From positions 50,096,001 to 50,160,000 of the forward strand of contig CM060731.1 of the NCBI GenBank assembly GCA_030704615.1: a DNA stretch of 64,000 nucleotides, in the 5' to 3' direction. Under the pieces are notes generated by a model. The model had not been told where the DNA came from and did no database searches. It saw only the letters and a program-made list of their open reading frames with translations. The position numbers were made by a program, and so were the translations under genes. This stretch comes from Takakia lepidozioides (taxonomy: Eukaryota > Plantae > Bryophyta). Positions 38,340 through 50,217 of the stretch are shown piece by piece; the stretch's first letter is position 1, and every line of letters begins with the position of its first letter.

Positions 38340-40514
38340 TAGGATGTACAAGAGGACAAATTGCAGGAAGAGGTGATGGTGTTGCAGGATGCGAAGCGGG
38401 AGGATCAGGAGCGGCAGATGAGAGTGGATGGGAAGGACAGACACCTGAGCTTGCAGGAGAGGTGGATGTACATTGAGGACCTTTGCTGGAACCAGGGTAT
38501 TGAGAGGAGCGGTAGGCAATGCCAGGATAAGTGGGAGTTGCTGGTAGCATATTTCCACAAGATTAGCAAGTATGAGAAGAAGCTCAGCAATGGTCGCAAA
38601 TCGTATTGGCAGATGTCGGGGTGACAGAGAGAAAGACAAGAAGATTTCCCCCTAACTTTTGGATGGACGTGTATGATGCAGTTTCTCTGTGGTATGTGAG
38701 GAAGACGACGGTTGATCCCAGCGAACTCCGTCTTGACATTTCAGCCCCCTTCAGACATGAAATTGGTGATGATGAAGATACGCAAGGTCTGGTTGATGAA
38801 GATGATGACGTCGAATTCAGGGAAGCCGACTCGTGATGGAGCTAGAGACGGCAGAGTCTACAAGAAAAACAAATGGACAGCGGAGGAAGTGATGGTGTTG
38901 CAAGCTGCCAAGATGGAGGACAAAGAAAGAAGCAAAAAGGCTAGTGCCAAAGAGAAGCGCAAGTCAGCTCAAGAAAGATGGCTATGGATTGAGGACTATT
39001 GCTGGAGCCACGGGGCTGAGAAAAGCGCACAACAGTGTCAGGACAAGTGGGAGTCACTAGCATCCGAGTTCAAGAAGGTGTACTTACGAAAGGATCAGTC
39101 CAGGCGGGGTTAAATCGTACTAGCAACAATCCCACGAGGAGAGAAAGAACAATAGATTGCCTGCCATAAGGAGGTCTTCCACGCCATGTCCGGCTGGTAT
39201 GGCCGGAATAAAACTCTTGACCCTGGGGAGCTTGCTGTGGACACGTATGCAACTCCGCAGCCTGCAGGTCACCACCACTCTTTGAATTCATCCTCTTCCT
39301 TTGCTGTAACTTCCTCTTTGTGTTGTGGTGAAATGCAAGGCTTCTTTATACCTAATTTACAAGCGAGAAAGTCTTAAAACGACTCCCAGTAGGACGTGAG
39401 AGATATTGTGGGAGATGATCTGAGTGAATGGGTCCCCCTTACAACAACTGTTGGTAGAGTGTTCCAGCCCTTTGTTGTCCTTGAGCAAATGCACTATAAC
39501 ATATGTCTAGAGCGCCACAACTGTATACGGTGAATGGGGACTAGATGGTTATATTGGAGAAGGCCGGTTGTGGTCACACTGTGACTCAGTGAGTTCAGAC
39601 CAAGATTTATATGTTACTGTGGGTGTAAGTGTAGAATGGTGGTAATCCCTCTTCTGATCTTTCTGTTATGCCTAAAGGCAACTAGTATTCTAGTCAGGGA
39701 ATAAGGGAACTTCAAATTGGACACATGAATGCCAAACAGGTGACAGAGAAGAAAGGTTGACAAACAAGGAAACAAGTGAACCCCTGCCTGCCCTTGTCAC
39801 CCCAAGAGTGGAGACTCCTTGATTGGATTATATGCTTCCAAAGAGTGTCGGACTGAGCCCTTTCTTCCCATGGGTGGGATTCTGCATGGAAGGGCTGCAA
39901 TGTGCTTGCACATAACCATAACTAGGGGGCACTTACAGACCTTTTTTGCAGATTTTATCATAAGATCTGGAAATTGAAAGGAAAACTCTGCATCCTGTCT
40001 CACATTCTATCTTATCTACAACCTATTTTACAACCTTGACCATTTGAGGGTGTACTATGACATTACATTGTACTGAACTTCAGTAAATTTTGGCCTTTGC
40101 AGGGATAAACACAAGCAACACAGTAGGCAACAATGCCAAGTATTTAGAGACCGGTGAGAAGGCCGACGAGCAGATGGATTGCCCAAGCACAGGCAGGAAA
40201 CGGAAGTGTTCAATATTGGTAGCTATGTCAAGGACAACCAATGGGCTAGCATCTATCCTAGAACACAACAATTAGAAGGTTGTAGATGCAATGATGAGAT
40301 CCAAGGACAGGAAAGACAAGCGGCACAAGGACGACTTGGATATGGCAAAAATAAAGAGGAGAAGTTTGTAGGCACAATGAAACTAGGCAATGGCTATATT
40401 GGAGCTCTTAACAGTATAAGCGATGGACTTAAACAGCTCAGTTCAGTGATGGCTGTGAGAAGGCAAGCAACAGGACTGACGACAGTGTGTATGAAGCAGA
40501 CAGTGGAAGCTTAG
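38340..40514 (+). pseudogene. Disrupted gene with two Myb/SANT-like trihelix domains (GT-1/ASR3-like) and a C-terminal coiled-coil exon
   Basis: EEVMVLQDAK...ERWMYIEDLCWNQGIERSGRQCQDKWELL and KWTAEEVMVLQAAK...ERWLWIEDYCWSHGAEKSAQQCQDKWESL; frameshifts and stops; C-terminal exon near 40100-40514. Confidence 0.75.
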
Positions 40515-42279
40515 AGAAGTCAGAAGCAGTGAATCTCACGGCATCCTCTTCCAATTTTGGTGTAGTGAACTGGCTGTTGTAAGCAGAGGGTGAGCTCTGT
40601 TCGAAAGGTCCAATCAGGTTGTTGTTTCTTCTGAAGGAAACATGACCACAGAGTGGGGATTTCCAGTTAAGGATTGATACTGTATTTTAGTTCCACAGCA
40701 CAACACTGAGATATTTAACAATTCGCACTCATTTGTAGCCACAATCCAGGACATATGTGATGCATCTATGCTTTGCTTTTGTACATTAATTACTCGCCCA
40801 TTCTCATTTATTTACGGAACTGCTTGATTGTTGTCCACTGATTTCTTGCTGTAATGTGTGCATCACCTTTTTGTGTGACCAGGATGGACCCTTCCTGCAA
40901 GGGGTGAGGTCTGGCCTATTATTAGCGGAGCCGTGGGAGGGAGCGATTAGTCACTCATGTCGTTTGTGCTGATAGACCAAGCTTCAGTTTCAAGGAAGTG
41001 GAAAGAAGGGGAGAAGTGACTAGTGGGGGTTTTCTTGGAAGAATGGTGTGGAACAGATGAGCGAAGTGCTGCACTGGATTAAAGAACCAAGACAAGAGGA
41101 GGAAGGGCATCCCCACAGTGAGACCCTTTACCTTTGCACACTATTAAGGTAATTTTAGGTCATGTTCTTTATTCAGCTTTGCACATTCGTTCAGTAACCA
41201 GTAGCGATCATGCTGGCAGAGATGAATCAATTTACATCTACATTGAGATTAGATTCCCAATTGTAGTTAATCTCTTGAGCACTATCCAATAAGCATATCT
41301 TTATGAGAGAACAACCTTATGACCAGCATGGAGACACCTTGGACAAGACTCCCAACAAAATTTGTATGAGAATATGGCATAGAAATTTCCTTGTCACAAA
41401 AAATATTATATGCTAGAATTGGAATAATCCTTGAACAAAAATGAAATTGATACAACCTTGAGCGGGGTAATTTTCAGCTCACAAGTAGAAAGGGTTGTGA
41501 AGCCTTAAAACAAGCCTGAAGCATATACTCATTTCCTCTCAAGAAGCAAGGTTTCACAACAAAGGGGCGAGCGGAAAGAGCAAGCAACGCCCGAGAGGAG
41601 GATCAAACACACAGATCTGACACAAAGCAGCTCTCATCCAAGGCTTGTACACCAAAATCACATATACACTAACACCCGAGTACACCGCCCTCACACAAGG
41701 TCAGGGCGCCGTCTTTATACAAAAGCCCTATAGCTTTAGTGGCCCGCCGCGTGGTGAGGTGTCACAAGCCAAAGCCCACGGTGCCGTCTTGTAGCCCTAG
41801 ATCTGATGAAGGGCCAGGATGTCGCCACCAGCCCAAAACTAACCCTAACCTAGGTATCATTGTAACGGCTTCACAGCTTTATACGCCAAAATTTTATACT
41901 ACGGATGTGTATCGCCGTTTTGGATGAAACGGGCTTTTCTAGGCTATGCAAATATGGGGCTTTACATCTGTGAAGCCTACCCCCTACGAAAAATCCTGAG
42001 CTCCGCGAAGGAGAACAAATAATAGGAAAATATTACCCTCCATTGTTGGGTGAAAAACCTACCAAGGGAAAACCTGGCACCTGCAAGTTGGGCCGAGGAT
42101 AAAACCCTTGGCTAGGAAAACCGTGCAGGGACAGATGGTGATATACCATGAAAAATGTTGCTAAGCCCTAGAGAGGTCAAGTCCTAGGACCCCAAGAGAC
42201 ACCATCCGCAAACCAAGACTAAGCCGCTGAGAAAAGAAGAGGATCGAGCTGAAGTAGATCGGTGAAGAAGATCAAGACA

Positions 42280-45080
42280 TCACCCTACCGTGCGCCCCTC
42301 CACATTGATACATATAAGATCAAAAACTAGTTCGGAATGCACCAAGTCGGTCAAGGAAACAGGTTTATCCCGCACTTCAATATTAGAGCCTTGTGGAAGA
42401 AGGTGAGCACGTCGCCCACGTAACAATTGATAGATCAAGTATGGACCATCGATCTTGAGCTTAGATTTGCATGCATGCTTGCCATGCTGTAATCGAACGC
42501 ACACGGTCTGTCCTACCTGAAACATGTTAGAATACTTGACACGCTTGTTAAAATTACGGGCCTGTATTAGCTTAGCCTTACCAATGTTCGTCTTGGCATC
42601 ATGGATAGACACCACATGCCAAGCATGAAGATCCTCAACAAAGGTCTCAAGATCAACCGGATCAGTAACAGTAGGGATAAGAGGGGTAGAATGCAAAGGA
42701 GAAACACACTTGTGACCATACAACAACTCAAAAGGAGTCTTCTTGGTGCTAGAGTTTGGTTGAAGCGTTCCGTGAGGCCATTGGTATAGGGATGGTATGG
42801 GGCGGTAGTGGAATGCTTAATACCGAAGTTGACGCAAATCACCGTGAGGAGCTAGTTACAAAACTCCTTGCCCTGATCCGTTAGTATCTCCCGAGGACAC
42901 CCATGCCGCATAAGGATCTCATTGAAGAAGAACTGAGCTACAACATCACTAACCTTGGAACGCAAAGGCCGGACTTCTACCCACTTAGTCAAGTAGTCGG
43001 TAGCAACACAAAGGTAGCTTTGACCCTTTGATGTGAGTGCGAGGGGTCCTACTAAGTCAATGCCAACACGAGCAAAAGCATGGGTGACAGGCAAAGACTG
43101 CAGCTCATACAAGATCCAGGCCCTAGGGAGAGCAATGTTAGCACGACAACCTTCACACTTAGAGATGAACTCGGTGACGTCTCGGTGAATTCCCAGCCAA
43201 TAGTATACCTCTTGGATGCGGGCCACAGTTTTCTTGACACCATGGTGACCTGCATACAAGGAACAATGGAAACGCTTCAGTAAAGCATTCAGCTGGCTCC
43301 GTGGTGGCACCTCCAAATAGCATGGCACTCCCCTCTAGTGAGCTCATTGAAAAGCTTATCACCCATGAAACGGTGAGTAGACACATGATACAAAATTTGT
43401 TTACGCAAGGACTCGGAAATGCCAACTGACGAACACCCTGATTGACATCGCTGGAGTAATGCAACATGTAGCTGATCATCCATGACTGCACAGCACATAA
43501 GAGGTAGACAATGGGTTTTAGAGAAGGTGGTATGGAGTGCCTGCACCTATGATCTCCAGCCAGGGATACCTTCACCTCATTTGTTACTACTCATGGTCAG
43601 CTAATTAGGCCTTTAGACTCAAGCCAATAGTCACACCGGAGTGCAGCAGCTGAATCATAACAAACTTGGGGGCCTAGGAGAGAGAATAGTTGAAACACAA
43701 CAATGAACTTCCACCAAACTATCCGAATTCTCGCGAAGCGATAGATCCACCACACATACTAACACACGAATAAATCAACCAGGATCATCAAGAAGGCTAG
43801 ACCAGCCCCAAGCAGCCAATATGCCATGTGAATTCAAGGCCAAGGGGTACTGATCAGCACAAAGAAGGTTGAGAAGAGGGGCATGATCAGGAGGAAGGGC
43901 TGCATCAGCAGCAGCAAGGTCATCCAAGGTGAGCATAGGCCTGCTGACAGGAGGATCAACCCGTGTGAGTGCATCAGCATTTGTGTTCTCTTTGCTCTTC
44001 TTGTAGACTATATCCATGTCAAATTCCTGCAGGTACATAGCCCATCTAGCAAGTTTGCCATGAAGTTCCCTTGGCTTAACAAGGGCCTTAAGTGGAAGAT
44101 GATCAGTCTCTACCACAAACTGGCTACCATGCAAATATTGCCTGAAATGCTTCACACCAAATACTAAGGCCAGACGCTCCTTGTCAGATATGGAATAGTT
44201 CCTGTCATGACAATCAAGATGGCGAGATGCATAAGCTATTACATGCTCCTTGCCTTCTACAACTTGACATAAGATTGCAGAGATGGCAACATCTGATGCA
44301 TCAGTCTGAAGCAAGAAAGACAATTCAAAGTTGGGAAACATTAGGATGGGAGCGAAGGGTGTCAAGGCAGTCTGTTGGGAGAAGGTCCATTCAAACCTGG
44401 CATCTTTGCACAACACCTTGGTTAGGGGGTGGGCAAGCTTGACAAAGTTCTTAATGAAGCGTCTATAATAAGAAGCCAGACCCAGGAAGGATTTGATACA
44501 ATGTTTATCCTTGGGAATAGGAAAGCCCCAAATAGACTCAAGCTTTGCAGGATCAGGAAGCAAACCATCCTTGGAGAGGATATGACCAAGAAAGTGTAGC
44601 TCAGGTATGAATAGTTCACACTTTTTTGGCTTCACTTTGAGGCCTGCAGTACGCAATTTGCTGAACACGTGCTGCAGGTCAATCAAGTGGGCATCAAAAC
44701 TAGTTGAATACACATTGATATCATCTACATAAATTAAGGCACATTCCCAGCGAAGATTTCCCAAGACAATGTCCATGAGGCGTTGGAAGGTAGAGGTGGC
44801 ATTGCATAAACCAAAGGGCATGGTCTCATATTGGTATCTGCCCATGCAACACACACAAATGAGGTCTTTTCCTTGGCTACTTCAGTGAGATGAACTTGCC
44901 AAAAACCAGATGCAAGATCAAGAGAGGAGAAAATTGTAGCACCATGCAATTGATCCAAGGTTTCATTGATCCTAGGCAGAGGGTAGGCATCATTTTCAGT
45001 GATGTCATTCAGTTTCCTGAAGTCAACACAAAAGCGGGTGGTGCCATCTTTCTTTCCAACCAGGACAATAGGACTAGCCC
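42280..45080 (-). pseudogene. Gypsy pol: RT, RNase H and integrase, frameshifted
   Basis: SPWASPIVLVGKKDGTTRFCVDFRKLN, DLASGFWQ, MPFGLCNA, YVDD, TDASD, TDH, NADALTR; integrase H..H..CEGC, GIDLVGPL, TDQGKEF, YHPYTNGLTERFNQTL; no chromodomain seen. Confidence 0.92.
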
Positions 45081-45898
45081 AAGGAGAAAATAACTTTTGA
45101 CCATGCGATCTCTTTCTGCTGGGTCAATGATGTTCTCAACAGCAGCAGACTTGATGTCTATGTAAAATTGCCACAGGGATTCTCCAGGCTGGTAAGTCCT
45201 GGAAGAGAGCTTAGCAAAGCAGTCTAGAGGTCTTTCAGGAGGCTTGAACAAGGTCTTAGCCCATTCTATAAGGGTCGCCCAATTGAGGTTGGGATCATCC
45301 ATGACTCTGCATACAACAAGTCCCGAGCTGACCCCTTCATGCTCATCCTAAAGATGGCCATTTTGAAGTTCTCAGGCACTCCATTTACGCTAGCAATGAC
45401 TTCAAACATTTGAAGGTACCTATCAAAGTCTTCCCCCATATTATACTCTGGATAGGGTTGAGTGGTGAGCTGAGGGATCAGATGACAAGGTAGACTGTGG
45501 TTTATATGCCCAGGAAGAACAGAAGCATGAGCAGCACAGCAGGGAATAGTGGCTTGAGTAGGAACAGAAGAGGTATAGGCAGCATGTATAGAATTAACAG
45601 CAGATGCAATACTTTGATTAACCCTACTAATGGCTAGTCCCATACTAGAGGATGGCATACTTGCATGTGGTGCCCGCATGCCCATGGGAAGGGCATGTGA
45701 CACCACATTTGACTGAGTAGCTGGGTAGACTAACTGTAGGTGGGGCTGTGGCACACCACTCATGGGAGGAGTGGACGTCACTCCCACTATAGGAGCTATT
45801 CTAGAGCTTAAATTGCTAGCATGAACAGGGAATGTACTGACATTGCTAGCATGTATACCCATACCCGGATTAGCTGCAGTCCGTGGCAATCCCCCCAT
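45072..45898 (-). pseudogene. Gypsy gag (capsid region), truncated
   Basis: PEYNMGEDFDRYLQMFEVIASVNG...KGSARDLL, WATLIEW, YQPGESLWQFY...SYFLLG. Confidence 0.75.
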
Positions 45899-48800
45899 CT
45901 GTTGAACATGAAGAGTTCACACGGCTTGCATGACCAACAGACGAGGTGGAGGGCACTGATGCTACTGTCCCCCTACCCGCAGCAAGACCGGCTAATCACA
46001 GCCACATGCATCAGACTCGTTACTAGGGCCGGCATACCGCTCATAGTAGCCCAAACATCCGAACCAGACCCGTCTACCCCCTGAACATGAACAAGATGGG
46101 AGGGCAGACCGTTTAATTCCCGAGCCAACGTAGGCTCGGTTCGTCCAGCCAACAAGGCTTCATCACTCCGATCATAAACAAAGAGACCCTCGGGGATGGC
46201 TATCCCAAAATCCTCATCTACCAATGCAATACTAGTTGGGGACTCTACAACTGCTCCCATCGTACCAACATTCAAAACTTCATCATCACTCACCATGAAA
46301 TTACCTACCTGCAGGTTGTCCGATCCCTCATTCATTTCTACTACACTTTTGGCCAGCGGCTTTCCTGAACTATTCATGGACCTCTGTCTTCCAGATCTCA
46401 ACCAAGTAGTTCTAGAATCACCTAGTATGCAAGAAACGAAGTTAGATTGGAAGCAAAATCTTTAAGCAACAGGGATATGGAGAGTGGGCCAAGCACTTGG
46501 CGAGCTGTCCTCTGGAACCCAAGTGGAACAATGTACCACCCTTAGTACCTTGTGTGACTGCAACTTGTAAACTCCCAACGCCAGCCACTCCCAACCGTCA
46601 GCTCCCTTAAGCCAAAAACCAACGCGGGTTGTGTCACCCTCTCTCCATGTACGCGAAGGCATAGCCGAGTTTGAATAGTCACTCAATCTCTCAAACGCAC
46701 TCGGGCAAACCACTCGCTGTGTAGCAAAGGTAGTACCCACACCCAAGACTACTAGATCAGACGACTGGACTATCAAGGCCCCACCCTTCAGACCATCAAC
46801 CAACTATGAATAAGTAGGCGCCAAGGCGCAGGGCCGGAGCTGAAACCGTAGTGCCCTCAAGATCAAAGCCCCCGTGCCTTGTAACATTAACGACAACCAA
46901 CTTTTCCCTACCACACCAGGGCCATGATGAAGCTCCGCACTTTGAACACCAGAGAGAGGTAAATACAAACCAACTTCTAACCAGGTCAATTCGCAATGGT
47001 GCAGAAAACGCAACTTGATCGTTCTAGATGGCAGACTTCTTCGTTGCGCAACTCAAATTCTCACCTAGCAAACTGTCTGGCTCTGGACACCACCAAACCA
47101 GGCTCAAGCAAAGGTCTCGTGAACAGGGCCTCGTGATGACTGGTTAATGCAGCAAGGTCACCCATGACAACTCTTTCTACACGCTCAAACCAAAGCTGAT
47201 CCTCGTCATATATTTCACACAACAAATCATCTACTTCCTGCGACAACTCGATATCCCTCTCTAACTCTGCTGCCTACTCTCGAAATATTCAGGTCCAGGA
47301 TCAACAAAGTTGTCAAAATTATAGTATTCCGGGTCACAACTATCTAGAGAGCTGTCAGATTTCTCAAACCTTGGCGACCACGGAGAACCCAATGAAACAA
47401 CAAGGACTAGAACACAAGTGGTTGGTTCAAGGAGAGGCGACGCTGGCAAGGCAACACTGCCAGGCCGCGCGCTGTTGGCCGTGTTAGCAACATTAACAAG
47501 AACGTCGGCAGAGTTAGAAACGACAGGGTTGGTTTCAACAACAGGAGGAGCAACAGGAACGACACCAGCAGAACAAGGAGTGACAGCAGGGTTAGTGTCC
47601 ACACTAGGATTAGTTTCAACAACAAGTTCCACACTAATCTGAAGAAGCTCTCCCCTTCTCTACGAGCTACACAAGACAAGTCACGAACAGTAGCCATTCC
47701 CTGCAACCACACCCCAGCGCGCAGTGTGAGACGACGATATCACAACAGTAGGAGAAAATATGGCAAGGCGAGGAGCCGCCATTGATAACACGCATTAGCG
47801 AACCACTTAGGTAGCAGGATGTAGAGCAGATCCCTCGAGAAAGACCTAACTGACCCTGACAGCGCGGGCAAGATCCACCAACGTATGGTACTCGGCTTGT
47901 CTCCACCATAAAACAAGCCTAAAGCATATACTCATGTCCTCTCAAGAAGCAAGGTTCACAACAAAGGGGCGAGCGAAAAGAGCAAGCAACACGCGAGAGG
48001 AGGATCAAACACACGGATCTGACACAAAGCAGCTCTCATCCAAGGCTTGTACACCAAAATCACATATACACTAACACCCGAGTACAACGCCCTGACCTTG
48101 TGTCAGGGCGCCGTCTCTATACAAAAGCCCTAGCTTTAGTGGCCCGCCGCGTGACGAGGCATCACAAGCCAAAGCCCACGGCGCCGCCTTGTAGCCCTAG
48201 ATCTGATGAAGGGCCAAGATGTCGCCACCAGCCCAAAACTAACCCTACCTAGGTATCATTGTAACGGTTTAACGGCTTTATACGCCAAAATTTTATACTA
48301 CGGATGTGTATCCCGCCGTTTTGGATGAAACGGACCATTTCTAGGCTAAGCAAATATGGGGCTTTACAGGGTTATCATTGTATTGGATACACATTTATAT
48401 AGTTTTACACATATGAGACCATGTTTTTCTCTTTAAAATATTCTTCCAAGGGAATAGCCCTAATCAGATGCCACAATGATCATTCTCTATGAGCATCAAG
48501 CCATCTAGTCTCTATAATCCACCTGAGTCCTTCATCCACTAACCTCACAATTCATTTGAAGAGAGGGGTGACATCAAATAGAACTGAAAGTGAGAGCTGA
48601 CTTTGATAGCAGTCCACTCGTCACTGAAAAGTCAGAGACTAGTTATTAATGTAGAGCATGAATAGGGTGCCATAGTGCCACATCATCATCAGCCACGTCC
48701 TCCTGAACTGCCTGAATATGAACCTAATTTCTTCAAACAAAAATCGTTTTTGTCAATCATCGACACTGCCTGCCCGCGGCCACATCATCACAGTCTTTTT

Positions 48801-49167
48801 TCTGAAGCTACCCAAATTTCATTTGTTAAAAAAATAAAATTGAATCATTTAAGAAAAAACACTTCTGTCAAACATGTTCTAATAAGCTTCTAATACTGCT
48901 CTAGTATTATTTTTCTATCTATGTATAGAGAAAATAATATAGTAGAGCATGTTTGAGTATTTTACTTTAAAAAAACAAACTACATAAACTACATATCAAA
49001 TTCTCATGCATAGTCAAGTAAATCATTACAAATTATTTTGGGTTTGTGTTGAGTAAGTTTCAGTTTATATATTACGATAGTATAAATGTATATTATTTAA
49101 TGTGATAATACTAATAGCTGATGATAATGCCAAATGCTTAACACTTGATTTTTTGTCTCTAGTCTAT

Positions 49168-50217
49168 TTTTTTTTTTTTTAAGAAAATAAAAGGGGAGGA
49201 AGCCCTTTAAATCATATTAAAGAATCATGGGAAAAAATAACCATGAGAGGAGGCCATGAATGCCTTACATCACATAGTGATTGGGTAACACCCAAAACCA
49301 GTCCACCTAGGGGTAAGTCTGGTCTATCTTTTTTCTCTTTTTTTTTTTTCCTTTTTTTCTTAAAAAGAAAGGGGGGGAAGCCCTTTAACCCTTAAGTTCC
49401 CAAGCGACCTGAATCGGGTCACTTTGAATTTGCAGTTCCACCAAATTCTTGCAGATCTAATCTGATGGGCCCCACTCCTGAAGTTGTAATGACAAGGGAT
49501 TTGTCTCGAGTATGATGCAAAAAACAAAATTGAAAAAAAACAAAAGCTACGACCTACAAAAATATCTTAGATCTCTCATTTACGTTTTGGGCCTGAAAAG
49601 GGCTTGTTGACCGCTGACGTGGCAGGTAAACAAGCCCAAAACAGATTGCACCCCAAAGGCCATTTTTGGCAGAAAATTAGCAATTTTAGAAAAAACACTT
49701 CACCTTGTGGTGTGTGAGCATTACATACACACATCCACCATTGGCTTTTAAAAATTTTGTAGAAAAAAAATTACTTCATTTGGAGGCACATTTTCTCTTG
49801 TCAATTTTGAGATTTCAACCCCCATGTAATTGCATGCATAGCAACCATAGGTGAAAAAATCAGTTGGACCTACAATTTAGTGGGGTCATGGCCACTCCAC
49901 TATAGATTTGGAAATGGTGGGTCTTGGGGCAAGCAAAATTGGATAAAGCTAGGTTTTGATTTGGTCAAACCAATTTCTTTCTCACTTTTTCTTTGGGACC
50001 TGATATTTGAGGTCCGGGCCAACGCTATAATCTCACAATCTCCACGGTGGACTTGGCTCATTTTTTGGTATGTCATGCATAAATGAGCTGGGCCCATTGC
50101 TATAAGGCTGGAATCTCCGGATGATTTTTGGTAGGTTTCTAGGGGCAATTTACCGCAGCTGGGTACCCAAAATTGGTAAAAAGTCAAAAAAGGGCTTGGG
50201 AACTTAAGGGTTAATTC
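49168..50217 (-). mobile_element. Two 5'-truncated poly(A) retroposon ends in tandem at the same site, the second interrupted by a MITE
   Basis: Two T-rich tracts each followed by aagggg..gaagccctttaa; 16-bp TSD gtctggtctatctttt at 49317-49332 and 50218-50233. Confidence 0.65.
49389..50210. mobile_element. piggyBac-like MITE, copy 1 (822 bp)
   Basis: 17-bp TIR CCCTTAAGTTCCCAAGC; TTAA on both sides (49385-49388, 50211-50214); no coding capacity. Confidence 0.85.

Larger units (their letters stand above)
41496..48368 (-). mobile_element. Ty3/gypsy LTR retrotransposon with permuted ends, internally deleted
   Basis: Termini TGTAAAGCC...GGCTTCACA (minus strand); 4-bp TSD GGGT at 41492-41495 and 48369-48372; ~460-bp direct repeats at 41506-41966 and 47909-48368; PBS TGGTGGAGA (tRNA-Ala-like) at 47908-47900; G-rich PPT near 41985-41979; order gag-RT-RH-IN. 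Confidence 0.93.
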
